Shown: piece after piece, positions 17,044-28,859 of the stretch
Numbering within the stretch: position 1 is the stretch's first letter
How the letters are laid out: each line of letters starts with the position of its first letter
Assembly (NCBI GenBank): GCA_951406725.2
Contig: OX597821.1
Coordinates: 70,804,001 to 70,868,000, forward strand
Source of the DNA: Octopus vulgaris
Lineage: Eukaryota
Length of the DNA stretch: 64,000 bases
Direction of reading: 5' to 3'
Notes under the pieces: generated by a model
Databases searched by the model: none
Told to the model about the DNA's origin: nothing
What the model saw: only the letters and a program-made list of their open reading frames with translations
Made by a program: the position numbers and the translations under genes

Positions 17044-18233
17044 GGGGGAGTTTCGATCAAAAGGGATCGTAAAAGGAGAGAAGGAGGACAAAAAAAAGGG
17101 GGGTTAAAAAAAGGGGGAGAGGAAAAAAAAAAAAAAAAAAAAAAAAATTGATCAATAGGGATCGTTATCACAGAAATGTCAATATGAAGTGTAAAGGGGA
17201 GGACAGGTGAGGTTTACCCGTGGAAAGAAAAGCCTACGGAAAAGACCACGGTAACCTCGGTCAATGAAGTCACATTTTATATTTCTTTTTTTTTTTTTTT
17301 TGCAAATAAGCAACTCTCTGTTTTCGATTTCTGGGTTCATAGGACTATGCTCAAGGTGGCTTCGTCATTCATACGTGCCATTCTTGCTACATTCACCCAT
17401 CTTTTTTTAAAACATTCGCTAGACAAAACTTGCCTCTCTACTCTCACTTTCCTTTTCAAGTGGTACTTGAAGAAGTTGATGAGAGATTGACTAGAGAGGA
17501 AAGTGTTTGTCTCCAATCCTTTCAGACGCGTCCACCAGATACATTCTTTCGCCATAGCCACAAGGATGATGAAAATAGCTCTTCCTTCCCGTTTGAAGGA
17601 AGGAGGCGTGACAATATTGACGATAGACTCAGCTGATAAACCGACTCGTCCCACACGTGACAGCAGTTGTTCGACATAAGCCCACAGGTCGGAAATTGTT
17701 GGACACTGAACGAGTGCGTGCAGAACGGTTTCGTCGCTCTGACCGCATCTCGGGCAGGTCGGCCCCGTGTTTCTCGAGCCGTGTCTGTAGAGCTTATCCC
17801 GAACGGGTAGCGCTTCTCGGTAGCACTGCCAGGCCAGGGATCTCTGGAAGTTGTCCATGGGCCCTGGCCCGAAAGTCGTCCTGAACAGGCGGGTCAGGTA
17901 CTCCTCGTCGACGTCCAGGTTCGCCCCGAGCTCGTCGTCGTACCTCCCCTCCACTAAACCCCTATAGAATGCTTTGGTTGTGTTGAAGTCACTTAAGGTC
18001 GACCCAGGACGGCAGAGTTGCTTGAGAGCAACGCGACACTCGCGGTGCCATTCGCCCTTCCTCGGCCTCTTTTTGATCCACGACTGCAGTTCGGTCATGG
18101 AGACGAGCTGCGGGAAAGCGTGCCTCACAAACGGCGACCACACCTGTTCACCGTCGTCTACATAGAGCCGGAGATGTCGCAGTCTCAGCGCGTGTCTGCG
18201 CATCATCAACCACGGCATGCCCAGCCCTCCTTT
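16935..18233 (-). mobile_element. 5'-truncated Tx1-like (L1 clade) non-LTR retrotransposon in (GATA)n
   Basis: GC-rich ORF2 C-terminus, then a T-rich 3' UTR with AATAAA just before the end; (GATA)n on both sides. Confidence 0.9.
17337..18233 (-). pseudogene. Tx1/L1 ORF2 C-terminal fragment with RT-associated zinc finger (zf-RVT type)
   Basis: Uninterrupted frame KGGLGMP...W..YREALP..DKL...[18 protein letters not shown]...W...IWWTR. The N-terminal part of the 452-aa track ORF is only repeat and UTR read-through. Confidence 0.9.
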
Positions 18234-18234
18234 T

Positions 18235-18287
<53 letters not shown>

Positions 18288-18316
18288 CAGATAGACAGAT
18301 AGACAGATAGACAGAC

Positions 18317-18390
<74 letters not shown>

Positions 18391-18395
18391 GTACG

Positions 18396-18473
<78 letters not shown>

Positions 18474-18474
<1 letters not shown>

Positions 18475-18805
18475 GTTTCTTTATTAGCCACACAGGGCTG
18501 CACACAGATTGGACAAATTACAAGGTAGAGCTTTATTTTTGGGGATGAAAAAAAAAGTGGCGTAGGTTTTCGATCAAAAGGGATCGTAAAAGGGAAAAAA
18601 GAAAAAAAGAAAAAAAAGGGAAAAGAAACAAAAGAAATGAAAAAAGAAAAAAGAAGAAAAAGGAAAAAAGGGGAAGAGGTAAAACAAACGATCAATAGGG
18701 ATCGTGTATCTCAGTGCCATGATGCACGGTGAAAAGGGGGAAGCAGATAAGGTTTATCCGTGGGAAGAAAAGCCTACGAAAAAGACCACAGTAACCTCGG
18801 TCAAT
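18474..18805 (-). mobile_element. Tx1-like LINE 3' UTR copy in (GATA)n
   Basis: Aligns with 16935-17266; (GATA)n on both flanks. Confidence 0.85.
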
Positions 18806-18811
18806 ATTTTT

Positions 18812-18861
<50 letters not shown>

Positions 18862-19275
18862 TGATAGATAGATAGATCTGAATTAATTTTAATGAGGTCC
18901 ATTTCACCAAAATTGCTCAAGAAATATAAGATTATGCAAAATTAGGGTCCGTAGCACATGTTTAGGGGTTTCGAAATATTTGAATAAAACTGTTTGTATT
19001 TGATCCCCAGCGCAACGGAAATGCGTGTAATTAACCTCATACAAAGCTTTCAGCTACAGAACTTTGTTTCGAGTTGTCTATCACTCATCAGGTAGTGTGG
19101 AAAATAGAATCCCTTTTTTTTTTTTTGTGATCAACTCTCATAGCAATTAATTATAAGGCCAATCGGTAAAAAGAAAAAGTGTACTGATAAACGTATAGTC
19201 AATGAGCGCAGCAGAATGAGACAGTCACGAGTAGAAAAATTCCCTGATTGGGCTTAACATCTAATTATCTTCTTC

Positions 19276-19826
19276 AGTTTTAACTGCTCCTTTCTAGTGT
19301 CCTATTATGGTCATCTCTTATGTGTTTAAATGTACACTGTATTTTTCTATGAATAATATATAGTCTATTGACTAAATTTTTTCCTTCTCGTTAGACCACT
19401 GGTAGCATAGAATTTTTCTATAAATTTTTTCTGCTACCCTAAGATTTATTAATTAATGATAAAAGGTTTTTTGGCTAATTTTGAAAGAAAATCGACATCT
19501 TATTTACTGCCGGAAAATCCGCGCGTGCGCGGAGGATTTTGAAAAAGTTTTAACATATAAACACGAGGCATGTTCTTTATCGCCTCGTATCTATATGTGA
19601 GCGTTGGCATCCTGCTGACGAGGCAACGCCAGTTGTAAGTTAAAATTATTTTGTTTAGTTGACATCAGATTGCCGAAACTGTGCATAGTCCAGGAAAGAT
19701 AGGGTAAATGTTTTATTTTTCATTCCCTTTCAGAATTGCAACTATTAGTGGCTTGGAGTTTTAACTGCTCTTTCTAGTGAGTCAGATGTTCTATTATGGT
19801 CATCTCTTATGTGTTTAAATGTACAC
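19276..19826 (+). mobile_element. HHR-bearing non-autonomous unit of about 485 bp with terminal direct repeat (PLE pseudo-LTR / retrozyme-like)
   Basis: Direct repeat 19276-19337 / 19757-19826 brackets the HHR at 19610-19695. Confidence 0.65.
19610..19695 (+). ncRNA. Canonical type I hammerhead ribozyme
   Basis: Stem I tcctg/cagga; CUGACGA 19615-19621; stem II ggcaa/ttgcc; GAAA 19675-19678; self-complementary stem III actgtgcatagt; GUC site, cleavage predicted after 19690. Confidence 0.85.
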
Positions 19827-19904
19827 ACACACACACACACACATAAACACACATATACATAAATACATACACGCACACACACACATACACATACATATAT
19901 ACTT

Positions 19905-20395
19905 TCCTTTTAATTGTTTTACTCATTTGACTGCGACCATGCTGGAGCGCCACCTTGCAGGGTTTTTTCAGTCGAACAAATCGATCCCAGGACTTATTTC
20001 TTAAGCCCAGTGTTTATTCTATCGGTCTCTTTTGTTGAACCACTGAGATACGGGGATGCAAACACACCAACACCGTTTGTCAGACGCTGATGGGGCGGAC
20101 AAGCATATACAGGGACACACGCACATACATATATGCGTGCATATATATATATATATTATAATAAATTAGAGATAAAACCACTATTAGGCAAATCAAACAA
20201 TGAAAAACATAAGCCAATACATAAAATTAATTTAATTTATATTATTTTAAATATATATCAAAAGTATTAAAAGTTTAATAAAAGATAAAGAGTAAAGCAC
20301 TACGATCGTTTCCTGGCTGTACCAATTAGAATAACAATAATTTAAATTCAATTAATAATTCGAGTTATGGTTACAGTCAATCTTCAGGCTGATTG

Positions 20396-20449
<54 letters not shown>

Positions 20450-20464
20450 CTAAAAAATAATCAG

Positions 20465-20542
<78 letters not shown>

Positions 20543-20740
20543 ATCTATATATACTATATATACATATATATACATATATATGTCGTATATATATATATAC
20601 TTCTTCCAGTTTCCGTCTACCAAATCTATTTACAAGGCTTTGGTCGGCCCAAGGTTATAGTAGAAAACACTTATCCAAGGTGCCGTACAGTAAGATTGAA
20701 CCTGGAACCATGTGGCTGGGAAGTAAGCTTCTTACTACAT
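19905..20740 (-). mobile_element. SINE family A interrupted at its internal (TA)n by an HHR-bearing element
   Basis: 3' half 19905-20105 and 5' half 20600-20740 flank the 20160-20400 insert. Confidence 0.8.
20160..20400 (-). mobile_element. PLE-derived element with degenerate HHR (20296-20392); same family as 63725-64000
   Basis: aaattagagataaaaccactattaggcaaatc.. shared with 63728; minus strand reads CUGAAGA..GAAAC GAUC GUA. Confidence 0.7.
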
Positions 20741-20744
20741 CAGG

Positions 20745-21880
20745 TTGAGTCAAATGTTTCTTCGTATTTCACGCATTGGTTAATAATTCAAACAAATGAC
20801 ATACAGATAAGTGTTTGTCCTTCGAAATGTATCCCATCATGCCCTATTACCTGTTGCCATCTTTAAGCCAGATGCTGAATCCCATGCTTATTATGTTTGT
20901 ATGCTTTAGAGGCAAAAACTCCGTGCTCCAGTCTTCAACCTCGTCCAATTTGTTGGACATCCGTCCGTGCAGGAAATTAGTCAAGGCTCACAAAGAGGTT
21001 GGAATCTGATGAGGCAAAGGTCTGAACCATCAAGTCCCCCAAGTTTGCGTTCGGTCACTTTGGCAGTGTGTACTGGAGCATTGTCATTCTGTGAGTGTGT
21101 ACGTCTTCGTTTGACCAGTGTCGGGTAGCGGTCATATACTCACTACAGATGTTGAGGTTAAAGGTTAGCGTTCACAGAATGACCATGTAGGACAAGCTCA
21201 AAGTGTAACAACCCCTTCGAAATTCTAACGAATACACATAACCTGTTCAAACTGCCTTTCTTTGACAAGTTCTAAAACCTGGCTGGAACAGAGCCGCTGA
21301 TTTCTCTTATTAGGATAACGAACATCAGATCCACTTTTCATCTGTTACGATTCGATGCCACAAATGGGCATCTGGAGGGTTTGCCAGCAGTTGTCTGCAC
21401 ATGCTCACATGTCGTTGAGCCTGTTCATTGGTCAGTTCATGAAGAAATTTTCGACAGCGACTGTTCAAAAAGCGAGCTTATGGTGGTGTCGATTGATGGT
21501 GCTTTGTGAGGGACCAAGTTCAGCCGACGATGCATGAGTGCCTGCGCTTAGCTGTTGTTATAGTCATTTCAGGCAAAGCGTTATTTTCCACAACAGAGGC
21601 ATACCCTGACCTTGTTTTGTCTTTGAGACTGGTGTCACCTTCCTTGAAATGTCTAAACCAGTTTTGTGCGATATGTCCGTCGACAGTCCTTAGGTTCTCC
21701 ACACGATTTATTTCCTTTCCTGCTGCAATTCGACCCAGTCCTTTTCTTTTTATTTTTCCACAAGCAGTGTAAAATGGCAGTAACTGCAATTTTCTCACCT
21801 TTCATTATCAAATCTATAAAATAAATCATAAACAATATATTTCATATGTTATTTATGGAAATAAACACTAAACAAATCAG
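20745..21880 (-). pseudogene. Decayed mariner transposase
   Basis: HTH region AQNWFRHFKEGDTSLKDKTRSG, an RIVT-DEKW-like motif near 21335-21355, and C-terminal RWQQVI..DG..F; stops and frameshifts present. Confidence 0.85.
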
Positions 21881-22069
21881 TGACCATTGGACAACAGGTT
21901 GTATCAGATAAATAATATAATGCGGAGATACAAGTCATCAGATACCATCGGTGAAAATCTGGAAAGCTTTTGACTCAGCCCGGTGTGTATACATATAATG
22001 CGTAGAGAGAGAGAGAGGGGAGAGAGAGGTAGCGATACATACATATATATCTGTATACACACATATGTA

Positions 22070-22243
22070 TATAGTTGAAATTTATAGAAAAGCAAAAGAC
22101 AAAGACAGGTGTATGAATAAGTGTATTAGTTTGTCGCTCGGGAAAGTGAGAAAGTGTTTCACGTTTCGAGCCTACGCTCTTCAACAGAAAGGAATAAAAG
22201 AAAATAAACAGAGAGAGATTAAAAAACTTGAGGATTTAGCGAT
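22070..22243 (-). mobile_element. Short repeat family carrying a U6-variant HHR-like motif (22157-22190)
   Basis: Minus strand: ttt CUGUUGA A GAGC guag GCUC GAAAC GUG aaa. Homologous to 55060-55235 and to the 50-kb tandem units. Confidence 0.6.
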
Positions 22244-22245
22244 CA

Positions 22246-22339
<94 letters not shown>

Positions 22340-22348
22340 CATACATAC

Positions 22349-22411
<63 letters not shown>

Positions 22412-22691
22412 ACGAAAAGAAAATATAAAATACACGTGGAAATGTAAGGGTAAAATATGAAAAATCAACGAAAATGCATATTGCAAATAGAGAAAGGCTA
22501 TCTAATGCCAGGTAACGACAAATATATACATTTAGATTGAATGAGGTAGTAATACGAGTGATAAAAGTCATTATTATGAGATGATTATAAGATGATAATA
22601 AAGTAAGAGAAGAAAACGAACCAATGGTTTACGCAAAGCTATTCATCGTTTGAACAACACCATTTATATATATATATATATATATATATAC

Positions 22692-22899
22692 ATACTACGG
22701 AGATGTACTTGCATAGCAAGTGACTTGATCTGAGATCATGTGCTGAAACAAAAACAATTGCAGCATGGAAGGTGTTTATAAGCCATTTAAAAACACACAC
22801 AAAAAAAACGCTAGATTCATTTCAACATTTAAATTTAATTTGTCAAAATATTTTCGTCGCTTTGAAACCGCGACCTGTTCACTGACAAAATTCCGTGCA
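22692..22899 (-). mobile_element. Short repeat family carrying a G3-C8 HHR; second copy at 38412-38550
   Basis: About 140 bp shared with 38412-38550; both copies have (TA)n on the left flank. Confidence 0.75.
22839..22889 (-). ncRNA. Type I hammerhead with compensatory G3-C8 core
   Basis: Minus strand: UUUGUCA GUGAACA G GUCGC gguuucaaa GCGAC GAAA AUAU UU UGACAAA. Confidence 0.65.
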
Positions 22900-22923
22900 T
22901 ACATACACATACATATATGCATC

Positions 22924-22986
<63 letters not shown>

Positions 22987-23983
22987 ACATACGCAGGCAC
23001 ACACACGCACGCATACACACCACATAGTACTTAGATTGATTTATACTCGCACGTACCTACACAAGCTAAGACATTGTCTGTACGCTTGCTGTGTGTACGT
23101 TATGTATATATGCTTGTGCGCGTATTTGTATTTATATGATGTACACACACACACAGTCGCACGTGCAAACACTTATATGTATTTATTTATGTATGTAAAC
23201 GAAAAAATGTTTAATTCTATTCGAATATAATATGGCAAGATTTCAGAAGCAAATACATGATTTTCCAGTGAATAATCGCATTTTTCAACCCTTCTTGACG
23301 CCTCTTTACAAGCCTCGTGTCACTTTTTTTTCCCTCTCTGCTCCATTCGTAAACTACGATAAAATGTAAAATGTTTAATTAATCTCCTTAGCTTCTCCAC
23401 ATTTCTACCAACAAATATTTGATTACATTTTCTACATTAAACAACAGATTGTCTCCCCCCCCACCTTTTTTTTTATTCAATTACGAAAGCGTTGGATTGT
23501 TTATTGATTTCTTTGCAGAGTCTTAAAATCCTTGGATTTCTACGAGAATAAACCTTCGCTTGTATATTACTACCGGCGAACAAGCTAGGCAGTTGCATTG
23601 AGTATGCGTGTTCGATAATGTATACAACTCTAGTGCTGCTTCTAATTCCAATTTGAATTTATTTGTTCGTTAGCCGGGGAATACCAGCAAAATAGGTTTT
23701 TACACTACTTGCATACGGCGACTCAGTTGCTTCCAATTCAGTTCAGGTTCGTGATTCTGATAAGGTACAAACATGGCGAAATATCGATATCGATCACTTC
23801 TGAATTCGATTTGGGGCGAGTTGTCTCGATGTCTATGACTTTCAGGTGTTTTTAACACCCGGCGCTTTGAGAGAGTATTCTGCACCGCGCTAATCCGCAG
23901 CCTATAGGTGTACATATGTGTCATGTGCATTGCGTACGTGCGCTCGATAGTGTGTGTGTGTACATATATATATACACACACAC

Positions 23984-24066
<83 letters not shown>

Positions 24067-24068
<2 letters not shown>

Positions 24069-24467
24069 CTGTCACGTTCTTGTTAGACTGACAGTATACA
24101 ACCATTCTATCGCCCCACCACCGTACAAGTCTCTACGAGAGATTTAGAAATTCAATATTTCTTATTTTGATAATCAGTGGATAAACTTCACTGAATATAG
24201 ATATATAGAATTACGAAGTCGAGGCAAATATCACCAGCTGACCGGTGTCTGCTACTCTTGTCCGATGAAGGACAATGATCCTGAAACGCGGTGTCCCTAG
24301 ATGTAGTTCCGGCAGCCGGGGGTGTTTGTCTCCCCTTCGTATATCTATATAAGAACACAGGGAAAAAATGTGTCAAAGCTATCAGGAGGCGTTCGATGCT
24401 TCCTTGGGCTATACAGCGGTGGTGTACCCCCTACTGTCACGTTCTTGTTAGATTGACAGTATACAAC

Positions 24468-24475
<8 letters not shown>
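24067..24475 (+). mobile_element. 365-bp unit with terminal direct repeat of about 43 bp and a decayed C4-variant HHR
   Basis: tactgtcacgttcttgttag..aaccattctat at 24067-24110 and 24432-24475; CCGAUGA AGGA caauga UCCU GAAAC at 24262-24287; (TA)n flanks. Confidence 0.65.
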
Positions 24476-24547
<72 letters not shown>

Positions 24548-24570
24548 ATATGTGTGTGTACATATATATT

Positions 24571-24916
24571 CTTTTACTCTTTTACTTGTTTCACTCATTT
24601 GACTGCGGCCACACTGGAGTACTGCTTTTATTCAAACAAATCGATCCCAGGACTTATTTTTTGTAAGCCTAGTACTTATTCTATCGGTCTCCTTTGCTGA
24701 ACTGCTAAGTTACGGAGATGTAAAGACATCAGCTTTGGTTGACAAGCGATGGTGGTGAGGACACACAAATACATACATATATACATATATACATACATAC
24801 ATGTGTGTGTGTGTGTATGTGTATGTATGTGTATATGTATATATATGTGTGTGTGTGTGTATGCATGTGTGTATGTTTTATATACGACGGGCTTCTCTCA
24901 GTTACCATCTACCAAC
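24571..24916 (-). mobile_element. SINE family A, head truncated
   Basis: Reverse-complement tail and central region. Confidence 0.8.
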
Positions 24917-25551
24917 TCCATATATATAGATGTCTGTATGAGTTAGAGGTTACGCAACCATCTAAGGGATAATAAATATCCAATATACAACGTCTTCCCC
25001 TCGCTAGTTCGTCCCGTAAAATTGAAATAGGATGTAATTCACCTAACGTGTGGAAATTACTCCTGGAAGTGACTCCCATTGCCATAAGATGTAATCCCAT
25101 GGATTATGGATATCACCTTGGAATTGACGTTTTTACCATTCCTTACTATTTCTTTTATTATGTCATTATTATATTTTATTATTTTACCTTACTTCCTCAC
25201 AAGTTAGATCCCTAAAGTTATGCTCTCTCTGATTAGTCACTGTCCAACCCCTGTGAAATGTTTGTTCAACCACTGTAAAATCCCTGTATATTACTGGCAG
25301 GATATAGAAAACCTGGCAGATTGGGCAACCCCAGAGTAGAAACAGGGGCAAGACCTTGGTATTTTTCACTCATTTATTCTTATTCATTTAAATTTTTATT
25401 TATCTATTTATTTAATTGATTATTTGCTTACTTCATTTGTTTATTCTGATTACTTATACATATGATTGTAATTAATTAATAAATAGATATACATGAATGC
25501 CTACAGGCTGATGGTTGTCGATTGATTATCCTCTCCATTTTCTTATTTGCC

Positions 25552-25589
<38 letters not shown>

Positions 25590-25590
<1 letters not shown>

Positions 25591-25616
25591 ATAGATAGAT
25601 GGATAGATAGATAGAC

Positions 25617-25663
<47 letters not shown>

Positions 25664-25704
25664 CAGGCAGACAGACTGACAGACAGGCAAACAGACAGAC
25701 ATAC

Positions 25705-25754
<50 letters not shown>

Positions 25755-25948
25755 GTAGGTAGGTAGGTAGGTAGGTAGGTTGGCAGGTAGGTAGGAAGGT
25801 AAGTAGGTAGGTAGGTAGGTAGGTAGGTAGGTAGGTAGGTATGTAGGTAGGTAGGTAGGTAGGTAGGTAGGTAGGTAGGTAGGTAGGTAGGTAGGTAGGT
25901 AGGTAGTTAGGTAGATAGGTAGGTAGGTAGGTAGGTAGGTAGATAGAT
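25590..25948. repeat. Compound (GATA)n/(GACA)n/(GGTA)n tetranucleotide array
   Basis: Seen directly. Confidence 0.95.
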
Positions 25949-26203
25949 ATTCCACAGAAGAGATCCCGTGATTCTTGGCATAGAAGACAGTAGCAGCGTT
26001 CAAAACAAAATTCAAACTTAGACTCCGATGTGTTTACATAGGATCGATTTCCCTAGGAAAAGAATGGCTAGAAGAAGGCTCAAGTTCAGCGGGTCCAGAG
26101 GCAGGTAAACAAATTAGACACATTAAATATATTAAGTTATATTTAATATGTCTCTAATTCATTTATCTACATAATTGCCTACATATACTCATATATATAT
26201 ATA

Positions 26204-26296
<93 letters not shown>

Positions 26297-26538
26297 ATTT
26301 ATGTTGCAAGATACCTGTTGTATTCCGAGATGATCATTTTCCGTTTTTGCTAAACAAACACACGCACTGTATATTCCCACTTCACTTGTTTCTAACTGTT
26401 CTTATTCTAACTCGTGTTCATTGTACGGACAATAAACATGAGTTGGAATAAGACTAGTAATACGAACGAATATATATAGTGCGTGTGTTTATTTGGCAAA
26501 ACAATGACCATCCCGAAATGCAACAATATACATATATG

Positions 26539-26580
<42 letters not shown>

Positions 26581-26659
26581 CATACACATATATTCATTAC
26601 ATATATATATATATATATATATATACATACACACATATATATATATGCACACACGCGCA

Positions 26660-26700
<41 letters not shown>

Positions 26701-26777
26701 ATATGTATGTATGCATGTATGTATGTATGTATGTATGTATGCATGTATGTATGTATGTATGTAAGTATGTATGTATG

Positions 26778-26808
<31 letters not shown>

Positions 26809-26968
26809 CGTTAAATTCCATTTGGTTAAGTAGGTAAGGTAATCAATAGAATATATATATATATATATATACGTTTGTATGCGTGTATAAATGTAGGCAT
26901 ATATGTGTGCATGTATGCCTGTCTGTTTGATTGTGTGTGCATGGGTGTACATGTGTGTGAGAGTGTGT

Positions 26969-27045
<77 letters not shown>

Positions 27046-27163
27046 TGCACGTGCGAGTGTGAGATTGCATTGATATACTTCGAACAAGAAACTTGTCGTC
27101 ACAGGTGTTGTGGACATGTAGAGTTTATATGAAGTACATGTCAACGTATCAGACAGATAGATA

Positions 27164-27205
<42 letters not shown>

Positions 27206-27888
27206 CTTCCTAAGTCTGTTGGTGTGTGTGCATGATTGTACATGTATGTATAAGAGGACGTATACATTGTGTTATGTTGCCGGGCTCTCTGTGTCGGTTT
27301 GAGCGCCGATGTGCTTCTGGTTGTCTTTATGATCGTATTTGTGTATTTGTTGACATGTAAGCTATAATTTTGGTGTATTTGAATGTATAACTGCGTGCGT
27401 GCATCTGTGTGAGTGTGTGCGTATGGTTGTATTTCTATGTATGTGAATGGGCTGGCTTTATTTGTGTGTGTGTGTGTGTGTGAGCATATATGCGTTTGTG
27501 CATCTCTGTCTCTTTCATCAAATTGAGTGTGAGTGTGAGTAGTTATCCTTCTCTCTATTGCATCTGTGAGAGTAAAGCTCTATACCTGTGAGTACGTCAT
27601 TTACGAGTACATGCCTGAGCCTGTATGCATGGGTGTGTGTGTGTATGTATAATTGTATCAGAGAGCGTCTGAGATTGTATTCTTGTGTGACTTTGTACCT
27701 CTGCGTTTGTGTGTATTGTCTGTTTCTCTTTGTTGAGTATGTAGCTGTGCGCACAATTTACGTATAAATCTGTGTTTTGAGATGCGTAAGGGTCCACAAT
27801 TTTGTGCATTGGTTCGTATGTGGCGCGCGCCTCTTTATGTGAATGTTTTCGCGTATGAGTGTATTTTAATATATTTGAATTTATATGC

Positions 27889-27945
<57 letters not shown>

Positions 27946-28859
27946 TATGTATATATGCACCCTAACATGTATGTCTATTTTATGTTGAAAGTGTTTGTCT
28001 GTATGTCTTTCCTTGAGTGTGTGGTGCCTATTTATATGCATCTAATTTATATATGGCTTATTGATTCTCGTTGCATGTAGTTTTTGTATGTGTGTATGAT
28101 TCTATATGCGTCTACATTATGTTATTCAATGGTTCTATATGTATTTGAGCATGTATGAATATATATGTGTGTGTATACGTGTGCGTATGCATGTGTATGT
28201 GTGTGTGTGTGTATATGTGTGTGTGTACATGTGAGACTTGGGCAGCTGTTGAAGTGGCCAACGAACAGAAAGTAACCACCCCCACACCGTCAATCCTTCC
28301 CCCAGGTGACCGGAACCCCTGCTGTCCAAGTGTCAACTGCTGCAGGCCGAAACCGATATTTTTCTTCAGTTTCGAAACAAGAACTCCCCCCTCCTCCTAT
28401 CCCCATCCTTCGTCCCTTACCCTCCTTAGCTTTTCTTCATACCTCTGTGCTCCTCCTCCACCACCACCACCACTCACCATCACCTTCCGTCCCCGTCTTG
28501 CTTCGAGACAACCACTTGAAATTTTACCAACAGTTTAGGGAGAGAGACAAGCGTACAACCACTGCCACTAACGGCCCCAATACTAGAACCACCATCAACA
28601 CCACCACCATTACTAATATCAAAACCAGAATCTTCACCATCACCACCACAACCACCAATATCAAAACCGCAAACACCATAAATACCACCACCACCACCTC
28701 CAGCGGTACCACCACCACCTCCACTATAACCATCACAACAACTACCACCATCAGCACTAACATCAGCAACATGAGAATCACCAATAATAACATTACTTTC
28801 AATAGATGCCCCACCACCGCCGCCGCCCTCGCCCTCCCACCCACCTACCTTATCACATA

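Noticed and set aside
18234-18695. N-terminal third of the 452-aa ORF
   Set aside because: Chance read-through of a neighbouring LINE 3' UTR and (TATC)n into the truncated ORF2.
19054-19095. Minus-strand HHR as an active ribozyme
   Set aside because: The core is present but stem II is weak and the cleavage-site register is broken; counted only as decayed. Similar remnants lie at 11065, 22620, 38274 and 49296.
22542-22551. tgaggtagta, matching the let-7 5' end
   Set aside because: Only 10 nt match and there is no hairpin.
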